Of a stretch of DNA of 52,042 nucleotides, positions 1 to 7,288 are shown in pieces (the stretch's first letter is position 1; each line of letters starts with the position of its first letter). The notes below the pieces were generated by a model. The model worked only from the letters and a program-made list of their open reading frames with translations, made no database searches and was not told where the DNA came from. Origin of the DNA: a virus (taxonomy: Duplodnaviria > Caudoviricetes). The translations under genes and the position numbers were made by a program. The stretch lies in the IMG/VR virus record IMGVR_UViG_3300021475_000019, positions 1 to 52,042 of that record; one strand, 5' to 3'.

Positions 1-70
1 CGCGCAGTTCATCAAGGAACTCGACCAGAAGGTCGAAAGGCTCTCGCGCCGCTACGCGGTGGCGGCGTGA
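1..70 (+). CDS. 3' end of YqaJ/lambda-exonuclease family gene (partial)
   Basis: Identical to the 3' end of 42663-43304 (...KVERLSRRYAVAA*). Confidence 0.85.
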   Translation, partial: AQFIKELDQKVERLSRRYAVAA

Positions 71-74
71 GGAC

Positions 75-400
75 GGCGGGCCAAGGCTCTGCGGGGTTTG
101 GCAATGCCTGGAACGGCTATGCTCGGCCATCCCCGGCGTGGCGCGGCATAGCAAGGCAAGGCTGGGCTGGGCGAGGCAGGGCGTGGAGCGGCACGGCGCG
201 GCTACGCAGCGCATGGCGGGGCCGGGCACGGCAAAGCGCGGCTACGCGCGGCGAGGCATCGCCATGCGCGGCATGGCTAGGCGCGGCGGGGCAGGGTCTG
301 GATCGGCAGCGCCATGCGCGGCTGGGCAGGGCTCAAGCTCGGCTAGGCAAGGCGGGGCATGGCTCGGCTCGGCTCGGTGGGGCCGTGCGCGGCGAGGCTT
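75..400 (+). repeat. GGC-NN pentamer array A1 (~65 units), putative guide RNA upstream of RAMP gene
   Basis: Parses as ggcgg gccaa ggctc tgcgg ggttt ggcaa ... ggcga ggctt in 5-nt phase, with one +1 slip near 335. Confidence 0.9.
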
Positions 401-428
401 AACAACGGCAACGAAAGGAAACGCGACA

Positions 429-1025
429 ATGTTCATCACGATTGAAATTCAGGGCATCACACCGCTGATCTGCAACAGGTTCACCGACGAGGCGGCGATG
501 GCCTCGACCAACGGCGACCGGGGCTCGTCGGCTGGGATGGATCGTGGCACGCCGCTGGAGATCGCGGCGTCGAAGCTCTACGTCGGCGTCGGCGGCAAGC
601 CGATGATCCCCTCGCCCAACTTGCTGCGGTCCATCGTCGACGGCGGCGCGCACACCAAACTTGGAAAAAAACAAGTTACGACGGCGCGTTCGTCGCTGCT
701 GTACGCCTGCCTGTCGATTGACGCGGCCGAGGTCGAGATTGTCAGCGAGCAATCGTGGAAGGTCGACACGCGCCCGGTTCGCATTCCCTCGACCGGCGGT
801 CGCATCCTTTGCCACCGGCCGATGTTCGATGATTGGAAGCTCGCGTTCGAGGTTGAACTCGACACGACAATTTTGAACGCGAAGCTCCTGCGGCAGATCG
901 TCGACGACGCGGGCAAGCGCGTCGGGTTGGGCGATTTCCGGCCGGTCTGCAAAGGGCCGTTCGGCAAGTACGTCGTCACGCGGTGGGCCGAGCAGCAGGC
1001 TCTGGCTCCGCGACTGGCGGCGTAA
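429..1025 (+). CDS. Cas7-like / RAMP-fold RNA-binding protein (Vipr-like), allele A, 198 aa
   Basis: N-terminal IEIQGITPLI strand, GKPMIPSPNLLRSI (RAMP P.IP.ss.lkg.l motif), RPMFDDWKLAFEVELD, and C-terminal G-rich loop GKRVGLGDFRP..KGPFGKY. RBS GAAAGGAA upstream. No other cas genes. Confidence 0.8.
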   Translation: MFITIEIQGITPLICNRFTDEAAMASTNGDRGSSAGMDRGTPLEIAASKLYVGVGGKPMIPSPNLLRSIVDGGAHTKLGKKQVTTARSSLLYACLSIDAAEVEIVSEQSWKVDTRPVRIPSTGGRILCHRPMFDDWKLAFEVELDTTILNAKLLRQIVDDAGKRVGLGDFRPVCKGPFGKYVVTRWAEQQALAPRLAA

Positions 1026-1032
1026 AGTTCCG

Positions 1033-1183
1033 GGCGTGGCGCGGCGCGGCGTGGTCTGGCTTGGCGAGGCGAGGCCGCGTTCGGCAGGGCGTGGCCGGGC
1101 CGGGCGCGGCATTCCCCGGCGTGGCATGGCGAGGCATGGCGTGGGGCGCGGCTCATGGGGTTCTCCCCCTCATGAGCCGCGCC
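1033..1183 (+). ncRNA. GGC-NN array A2 (22 units) with 3' hairpin, putative guide RNA
   Basis: 22 in-phase pentamers at 1033-1142, then stem ggcgcggctcatg/catgagccgcgcc (1145-1183). TAAAGT at 1023-1028 could be a -10 element. Confidence 0.75.
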
Positions 1184-1254
1184 AAACCCTCAACGTCGTG
1201 TGGCTTTGCCGCAAGCACCACCTCTACCTGCACGCGACGGGTCTGGCGGCATGA
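1184..1254 (+). pseudogene. Possible C-terminal remnant of an HNH endonuclease
   Basis: Reads TLNVVWLCRKHHLYLH, like the PL.V.WLC..cH...H tail of phage HNH proteins. No plausible N-terminus. Absent in copy B. Confidence 0.4.
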
Positions 1255-1745
1255 TGGCGTTCACCTGGAACGGCTCAAATATGACCCCGATGCGGCCCAA
1301 GGCCGCCGACAAGGCCTTCGTGATCGGCCAACGCTACTGGCTCGACGAGGTCAGCGAGCGGAGCTGGCATTCCCACCAGCAGCAGTTCGCCTGGATCGCC
1401 GAGGCGCACAACAACCTGCCCGACGCGCTCGCCGAGCTTTTTCCGACGAGCGAACATTTGCGCAAGGGCGCATTGATCGCGACCGGCTGGTTCCGCGAGA
1501 CGGTCGTCGATTGCGGGAGCCGGGCGGCGGCGGCGCGTGTGGCCGCCTACGCCAGGGGCGAGGATGAGTTCGCCAAGGTGACGGTGCGGGGCCCGACGGT
1601 GGTGGTGCAGAAGGCGCGCAGCCAGCGCATGCACGGCCTCGACCGGATGGACCGGGCCGAGTTCGAGCGCGCCAAGGCCGACATCCTGGGCTGGATCGCT
1701 AATCTGATCGGCGTCACGCCTGAGCGGCTCAGGGGGGCGGCGTGA
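1251..1745 (+). CDS. Phage protein, possibly NinB/DUF1367-like recombination accessory
   Basis: RS..SHQQQFAW and SQ...MDRAEFE motifs. Conserved in copy B (44453-44947). Lies in the recombination module. Confidence 0.55.
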   Translation: MMAFTWNGSNMTPMRPKAADKAFVIGQRYWLDEVSERSWHSHQQQFAWIAEAHNNLPDALAELFPTSEHLRKGALIATGWFRETVVDCGSRAAAARVAAYARGEDEFAKVTVRGPTVVVQKARSQRMHGLDRMDRAEFERAKADILGWIANLIGVTPERLRGAA

Positions 1746-2398
1746 GGGTCCTCGTCTCCTGCGAGTTCTCCGGCGTGGTGCGGCGCGCGTTTCGGGCGCG
1801 CGGGCATGACGCCTGGTCGTGCGACCTCCTGCCCGCCGAGGACGGCGACCCGCATCACATTCAGGGCGATGTGCGGCTCCTTCTCGACGAGCTGTGGGAC
1901 CTGGTGATCCACCACCCGCCCTGCACCTACCTCTCTGTTTCCGGCTACCACTGGAACTATCGGACGCCCGGCCGGATGGAGAAAACCGTCGCGGCGATTG
2001 AGTTCGCCGAAGTCCTGTGGAGCTGCAAAGCAAAAAAGGTCTGCCTCGAAAACCCGGTCGGCGTCCTGTCCACCCAGAGCCGACTGGGCAAGCCGACGCA
2101 GGTCGTCCAGCCATGGCAATTTGGCCACAACGCATCAAAGGCGACCTGCCTGTGGCTGCGCGGCCTTGCGCCGCTCCTGCCCACCAGAGTGATCGAGGGC
2201 CGCCTCGTCACGCTGCCCAATGGCAAAACGGCGCGGCGCTGGGCGAACCAGACCGACAGCGGGCAGAACCGGCTCCCGCCATCCGAACATCGCGCCATGA
2301 ACCGGAGCCGAACCTATAAAGGCCTGGCTGAGGCGATGGCGGCGCGCTGGAGCGACACGCTGACGTGGACGCAGGGCGAGCTGGAGCTGGCGGCATGA
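1742..2398 (+). CDS. DNA cytosine-5 methyltransferase-like protein (short phage type)
   Basis: VLVSCEFSG (SAM-binding variant), HPPC catalytic motif, ENP motif, QPWQFGH...K.T.LW. Confidence 0.8.
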   Translation: MRVLVSCEFSGVVRRAFRARGHDAWSCDLLPAEDGDPHHIQGDVRLLLDELWDLVIHHPPCTYLSVSGYHWNYRTPGRMEKTVAAIEFAEVLWSCKAKKVCLENPVGVLSTQSRLGKPTQVVQPWQFGHNASKATCLWLRGLAPLLPTRVIEGRLVTLPNGKTARRWANQTDSGQNRLPPSEHRAMNRSRTYKGLAEAMAARWSDTLTWTQGELELAA

Positions 2399-2712
2399 AG
2401 CCGGTGAATTGTCCTCGTTGCGGGGCGGCTCTCTTGCTTTGCGATGCGACAGCCGCCCCGCGTGCGCCCAAGCCGTGGGCCGACGACACGCGGATCAACG
2501 ACCTCCCCGTTAGCGCTCGCGCCAAGCACATCGTGAATGACGGCAAGTGGGACAGCGACGCCAAGGCTTGGGTGCGGACGAACCGGTTCCTCACGGCAGG
2601 CGATGTAGACGCGGCCAGCGACGACGAGCTTCTTTGCCTTACGAACTTCGGCAAAGTTTCCCTGAAGGAACTTAGAGAGGCGATCAAAACCCTCAAAGAG
2701 CAGACGACATGA
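2395..2712 (+). CDS. Zn-ribbon + RNA polymerase alpha C-terminal domain-like protein
   Basis: CPRC, then INDLPVSARAKH...GDV...SDDELLCLTNFGKVSLKELREAI, matching the alpha-CTD pattern (L.lsvRa.n.L...eLl...NfG.kSl.EI). Confidence 0.75.
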   Translation: MKPVNCPRCGAALLLCDATAAPRAPKPWADDTRINDLPVSARAKHIVNDGKWDSDAKAWVRTNRFLTAGDVDAASDDELLCLTNFGKVSLKELREAIKTLKEQTT

Positions 2713-3446
2713 GGACGCTCGCTTGGTTCTCCTGCGGCGCGGCGTCGGCGGTCGCCGCCAAGCTCACGGCCGAGGCCGAGCCCGTCTATTGCGAGACGGG
2801 GGCCGAACATCCCGACAACGAGCGTTTTCTCGCCGACTGCGAGCGATGGTTCGGGCGCAAGGTGACGCGCCTCAAGTCCGACAAATACGCGGACACTTGG
2901 GACGTGTGGACCAAGCGCCGCTATCTCGCGGGCGTGCAAGGCGCGCTTTGCACCGTGGAGTTGAAGGCCGCGCCGCGCATTGCCTTCCAGAGGCCAGACG
3001 ATATCCACATCCTGGGCTACACCGCCGACGCGGCCGACGTGACGAGAGCGAACCGGCTGCGCGAGACTTATCCAGAGCAGGTGTTCCTGACGCCGCTGAT
3101 CGAGCGCGGCATCCTGAAGGAGCATTGCCTCGACATGGTTCGGCGGGCGGGCATCGCGCTGCCGCCGCTGTATGCGCTGGGCTTCCGCAACAACAATTGC
3201 ATGCCGTGCGTCAAGGCGCAGTCGCCGAATTATTGGGCCCTGGTGCGACGCGAGTTTCCGGCCGAGTTCGAACGCTTGGCGCGCCTGTCGCGTGAGGTAG
3301 GCGCGAAGCTCTGCAAGATCGGCGACGGCCCCAACGAGCGCAAACGCATCTTCATCGACGAGGTCCCGCTCGACCAGCCGGTGAGCGATCCGATCCAGCC
3401 GTCGTGCGACTTTCTCTGCCACCTCGCCGAGCAGGATTTGACATGA
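2709..3446 (+). CDS. PAPS-reductase-like / PP-loop adenine nucleotide alpha-hydrolase protein, allele A
   Basis: N-terminal WFSCGAASA PP-loop, EHPDNERF, CTVELK, NNNCMPCVK and a C-terminal CDFLC cysteine cluster. Confidence 0.7.
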   Translation: MRTLAWFSCGAASAVAAKLTAEAEPVYCETGAEHPDNERFLADCERWFGRKVTRLKSDKYADTWDVWTKRRYLAGVQGALCTVELKAAPRIAFQRPDDIHILGYTADAADVTRANRLRETYPEQVFLTPLIERGILKEHCLDMVRRAGIALPPLYALGFRNNNCMPCVKAQSPNYWALVRREFPAEFERLARLSREVGAKLCKIGDGPNERKRIFIDEVPLDQPVSDPIQPSCDFLCHLAEQDLT

Positions 3447-3793
3447 TCCGCATCTCGTTCTCGGCGGCCAGCAAGCGCGCCATCGAGCGCCGCGCGACCG
3501 ACATGACCGGCCGGAAGTGGTGCGAGCAGTGCGGCGCCGAATGCCCGACGCGGGCCGACTATGAAATCGATCATTGCGTGGCCGAGGGCGCGCTCGCGGC
3601 CAACGACAACCGCCCCCCGCTCACCGCCGAGGACGGCAAGCTGTTGTGCTTGAGCTGCCACGACAAGAAAACGAGGCGCGACGTGCGCGAGATCTCCAAG
3701 ACCAAACGCCTGGAGGGCAAGCACCGGCCCATCGACGGCGGGCCGTCAGAGATCGCCCGGCGCTACCGCATCCCCCAGGAGCCTCACAGATGA
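3443..3793 (+). CDS. HNH endonuclease, allele A
   Basis: CEQC ... YEIDH ... LLCLSCHDKKT. Confidence 0.8.
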   Translation: MIRISFSAASKRAIERRATDMTGRKWCEQCGAECPTRADYEIDHCVAEGALAANDNRPPLTAEDGKLLCLSCHDKKTRRDVREISKTKRLEGKHRPIDGGPSEIARRYRIPQEPHR

Positions 3794-3797
3794 CCAA

Positions 3798-3862
3798 GGC
3801 GGGGCCTGGCAAGGCCATGCGAGGTCCGGCCAGGCCGGGCTGGGCATGGAGAGGCGCGGCAA
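3798..3862 (+). repeat. GGC-NN mini-array (13 units), strain A only
   Basis: ggcgg ggcct ggcaa ggcca tgcga ggtcc ggcca ggccg ggctg ggcat ggaga ggcgc ggcaa. Absent at the equivalent site 46225. Confidence 0.8.
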
Positions 3863-3867
3863 GGGCA

Positions 3868-4194
3868 ATGGCGGCCATTCTATTGGCCGTCATTGCAACG
3901 CCGGTCGAGGCGCACTGTTATTCGGTCTGGCATTACCCGTGGGCCCAACAGTGCGGCGTGGCGCGCAATTTCGGACAGAAGCGAGTTTCTGTCCGCCACG
4001 AAGCCCCCTTCGTGGCGCATGTTGCGCTGCACAAATTAATCGTTGCGCCCCCCCGTAACGATTTCGCGCCCGACCGTAACGATTTCGAAATCCCCCTTCC
4101 CAGCCTCGCCAGGGCCGATCTCGACGGCGGCGCGGCAGATGAGCCCACCCGTGGCCGGATCCTGCTGCGCGCCGCCCTGGAGGCCGCCAGATGA
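3868..4194 (+). CDS. Small secreted hypothetical protein
   Basis: Signal-peptide-like N-terminus then HCYSVWHYPWAQQC. Homologue at 46225-46524. An in-frame ATG at 3790 would include the array. Confidence 0.6.
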   Translation: MAAILLAVIATPVEAHCYSVWHYPWAQQCGVARNFGQKRVSVRHEAPFVAHVALHKLIVAPPRNDFAPDRNDFEIPLPSLARADLDGGAADEPTRGRILLRAALEAAR

Positions 4195-4400
4195 CCAAAA
4201 AAGCCCACGGGCCCCGGCAGGTCTACTTCCAGCGTCTCATCCGCGCTTGCAGGAAGGAGGGCGTGAAGCACGTAGAATACCACAGCGACGGCGGGACTAT
4301 TGTAATCCCATTGGACGACGCCTATTTGCAAAACCATGGCCCCGCGCCATCTCCCGCACCGGATGTCGAAGTGAGGGAAAAACCAAAAGCACGCTGGTAA
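4191..4400 (+). CDS. Small protein upstream of integrase (possible excisionase-like)
   Basis: 69-aa ORF directly before int. Homologue at 46514-46723 has the same C-terminus (EVREKPKARW). Confidence 0.5.
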   Translation: MTKKAHGPRQVYFQRLIRACRKEGVKHVEYHSDGGTIVIPLDDAYLQNHGPAPSPAPDVEVREKPKARW

Positions 4401-4410
4401 GGGAAATATT

Positions 4411-5457
4411 ATGCCGAAACGTAGAGAAAAAGGGCTTCTTCGCGAGAAGAACCGCCATGACAAATTTGTCTGGTACTACCGCGAAGGCCATGGGCCGCGC
4501 ACCCGCATTCCCGGCGAATTTGGCTCGCCGGAATTTAACGCCGCGCTGGCCGCCGCCAAGGGGTACGGCGCCGGGATCGTCGCCGCGCCCGGCAAAGGCC
4601 TATCGCATCGGGACAGCGGCTCGCTCGCTTGGCTCGTCGATCAGTTCCAGTCCTCGTCGGCCTGGGCCGCGACGAAGCCCGCGACGCAGAAGCAGCGCCG
4701 CAACATCCTCGCCCACGTCGTCAAGGAGAACGGCTCCTACGCCGTGCGCGACCTCGACAGCGGCTGGGTTGTGGACCTCCAAGAGCTGGCCGCCGAAAAT
4801 GGCAAGACCGCCCAGGCCAACGCCGTCGTCAAGGTCCTGCGTTGCCTCTTCGACTGGGCGACGCCGAAGCATATTCCGATCAACATCGCGAAGGCCGTCG
4901 AGCTGATCAAGCGCGACGGGCGCGTCGGCTTCCATTCGTGGACCGAGCTGGAGCTGGAGAAGTTCGAGGCCTTCTACCCGCTCGGCACGCGCGAGCGGCT
5001 CGCCTACTCGGTCCTGCTCTGGACCGGCCAGCGGCGCGGCGACGCCGTCAAGTTCGGCAAGCAGCATGTCCTGCGCAACGGACGGTTGTTCCTGCGCCAG
5101 GGCAAGACCGGCAATCCCGTGACGATCCCGATCCTGCCTGAGCTGGCCGAGGCGCTCGCCGCCGGTCCCGTGGGCGACCTCTGCTGGATCGTCGGCGACA
5201 AGGGCAACCCGCTCACGGCCGACACGTTCACGGGTTGGTTCCGCCAAGTCTGCAACAAGGCAGGCCTGCCGGAGTGCAGCGCGCACGGCCTGCGCAAGGC
5301 GGCGGCCCGCCGGTTCGCCTTGGCTGGCGCAACCTTGGACGAGCTGAAGGCTTGGTTTGGTTGGACTGAGAACCGGACGCCCGGCATCTACACCCGCGAC
5401 GCCGACGCCTCGCAGCTCGCCGACAACGCGGCGCGCAGGATGACCAAGGCGGCGTGA
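4411..5457 (+). CDS. int: Tyrosine recombinase / phage integrase, allele A
   Basis: Catalytic R (TGQRRGD), K (QGKTG), HGLR, W (FGWT) and Y (GIYTR). Confidence 0.93.
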   Translation: MPKRREKGLLREKNRHDKFVWYYREGHGPRTRIPGEFGSPEFNAALAAAKGYGAGIVAAPGKGLSHRDSGSLAWLVDQFQSSSAWAATKPATQKQRRNILAHVVKENGSYAVRDLDSGWVVDLQELAAENGKTAQANAVVKVLRCLFDWATPKHIPINIAKAVELIKRDGRVGFHSWTELELEKFEAFYPLGTRERLAYSVLLWTGQRRGDAVKFGKQHVLRNGRLFLRQGKTGNPVTIPILPELAEALAAGPVGDLCWIVGDKGNPLTADTFTGWFRQVCNKAGLPECSAHGLRKAAARRFALAGATLDELKAWFGWTENRTPGIYTRDADASQLADNAARRMTKAA

Positions 5458-5481
5458 AGACGTTTTGGAAAGGAAACGACA

Positions 5482-5688
5482 ATGTTTGACCTCACCTTGA
5501 AAACGCCGCTCCTCCTTGACTGCGGCGAAAATATCGAAACTACGCTCGCGTCATTCTTCGACGCCAACAATGCGATGGACGAAGACGAGCGCGAGGCCAT
5601 AATGACCGCGCTCGAAACTCATGGCGAATACAGTAATGGCGGCGGCGCGGCGGCAGAGTGGACGCTCCGCATCCTCAACCCAGCATGA
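5482..5688 (+). CDS. Hypothetical protein (strain A only)
   Basis: 68-aa ORF with RBS GAAAGGAA. Absent from copy B. Confidence 0.55.
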   Translation: MFDLTLKTPLLLDCGENIETTLASFFDANNAMDEDEREAIMTALETHGEYSNGGGAAAEWTLRILNPA

Positions 5689-5692
5689 ACCG

Positions 5693-5722
5693 AAAAGGGG
5701 CCCCGCAGGGCCCCTTTTTTTT
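5693..5722. terminator. Bidirectional intrinsic terminator
   Basis: aaaaggggccc-cgca-gggccccttttttttt between convergent genes. Confidence 0.85.
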
Positions 5723-6285
5723 TAGAGCGCGTAGCGCGGGCTCTTGCGCCTCATGCCCGCAAAGGCCATCGCCGCCGCGCCGATCAGCAGCATCGCCCAG
5801 GTCGAGGGCTCCGGCGTCGACAGCGCGGTGATCGTGCCGTCAACGGCGATGTGGATCGGCGAGCCGCCGCTCACACCCGACAGCTCCGCGAAGTAAGACC
5901 CGGCAGTCAGCACATCGGGCGATACTGTAGCCTCCTGGCCGCCAAGCACGTTGTTGAGCGCCGAGCTTTCGATCAGCGCGCCCAAGGGCTGGAAGGGCGA
6001 TACAGGCGCGCTGGAAGTAAAATCATTGAGCGAAAGCACGCCGCCGACAATCCTCCCGATGCCGGATGCGCTGTCGCTCATCGACACGGTGACCGTCTCA
6101 GTGACCGGCAGCGTGAACTCGAAAAACTCCGAGAACGCGATGCCGCTGCCGGGCGTGTCCTGGGCGGGCAGCGCGAGGCTCTGGTTCAGGATCGCGCCGA
6201 TATCCTCGACGGTGATCTGGGCGGCGTGGGCAGGCGTAGCGCCGACAGCGAGCGCGAGCGCCCCGGCGAGTAGGATGGCTTTCAT
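5722..6285 (-). CDS. PEP-CTERM (PEPxxWA) sorting-domain secreted protein, allele A
   Basis: Signal peptide MKAILLAGALALAVGATPAHA, and C-terminal TPEPSTWAMLLIG + TM helix + basic RRK tail. Confidence 0.9.
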   Translation of the reverse strand: MKAILLAGALALAVGATPAHAAQITVEDIGAILNQSLALPAQDTPGSGIAFSEFFEFTLPVTETVTVSMSDSASGIGRIVGGVLSLNDFTSSAPVSPFQPLGALIESSALNNVLGGQEATVSPDVLTAGSYFAELSGVSGGSPIHIAVDGTITALSTPEPSTWAMLLIGAAAMAFAGMRRKSPRYAL

Positions 6286-6349
6286 TATGGATGATCCCCG
6301 GTTCTAAACGATAGCCAGGATTTACCATGTTCGTGCGACAAATGCGCGA

Positions 6350-6550
6350 ATTTTATTCCCGCACCGGATTTGGGTGCGGGATTTTATCCTCGGAAAGCCG
6401 CAGATTTGCTGGGGTCAGGCCCCCACATCGCATTCCGACGCGAAACTCTGGACTGTAGGAAAACCGGGCGTCTCCGAGGAAGTGCGGGATTTTAGGTCCC
6501 GTTGAACCCCTTTAGGTAATTTTCTGCCAGTCCCGCACCTTTTGGCCCAG
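6350..6550. other. Putative attP region with repeated TCCCGCAC/GTGCGGGA sites
   Basis: Motif at 6357, 6374, 6482 and 6531 in alternating orientation. Non-coding, near int, conserved in copy B (48450-48650). Confidence 0.5.
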
Positions 6551-6647
6551 AGGGGCAGATCTTTGGCCCACACTGACAATGGCGCTACGGGCGCGGCGCG
6601 TTATATGATGGCCCAGAGACATCATGTCCGCTGGTAGGGAAACTGCA

Positions 6648-7284
6648 GTGACCGAACTGCCTGACAATATCGACCTGCAATGGATCGGCCGCCAGATCAT
6701 CGCGCTGCAACGCGAAACACGCGGCCTGCGCGACGATATCGGCGTTATGGCCGCCATCCTGCGCCGGGTCGAGAACAATCAAACAGCAGACCGTGACGAA
6801 TGGCGCGGCCTTTTCGACGCCATTCGTCATGTCCGAGGTCGCGTCGAAACTTTGGAAGGCAAATGATGACCGCGCACTGGCCCACCGACAAGGTCCCCGG
6901 CGCGAACCGGGGGCTGACCGAAGCCGAGGCCGCGCTCCTGGCGCAGCTCCAGCGCCGCCCCCACACCCTCAACAAACGCGAGCGCGATCTCCTGATCAAG
7001 CTTGAACGAAAGGTAAAATGATGCACATCGCCATTGGCGCCGCCATCCTCATCCTCGGCGTCCTCTTCCTCGTCACATCCAAGGCGGGGCTCAAAGTCCT
7101 GGGCGTTCTCGGCGTTCTCGTCGTCGGTGGCGTCTATCTCACCTTGAACGGCTACGTCGATGGCGCGGTACAAGCCCTTGACCGACAAGACCGTAGCGCA
7201 AGGCAACAGGCGTGCGCGGCGAAGGCGGCCAAGGTCGAACATACGGGGCGGGCGTTCGAGGACTTCGATCCCCAGTGCCACTGA
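6648..7284 (+). CDS. Three small hypothetical ORFs (6648-6866 coiled-coil, 6863-7021, 7018-7284 membrane)
   Basis: Overlapping ATGA junctions. Hydrophobic segments in the last ORF. Confidence 0.55.
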
Positions 7285-7288
7285 ACCG

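Noticed and set aside
75-400. Canonical CRISPR array
   Set aside because: No 23-50-nt direct repeats with unique spacers; the period is 5 nt.
67-439. ORFs 67-402 and 242-439 and the N-terminal extension 138-428 of the RAMP ORF
   Set aside because: They are R/G/A/W low-complexity translations of the pentamer array. Allele B starts at the equivalent of ATG 429 behind an RBS.
2709-3446. cysH as a sulfur-metabolism auxiliary gene
   Set aside because: Only the PP-loop fold is supported; the context is the nin-like/DNA-modification region, so no gene symbol was assigned.
6395-6480. tRNA gene or tRNA fragment at the att-like site
   Set aside because: No T-loop GTTCRA/CCA or cloverleaf could be recognised.
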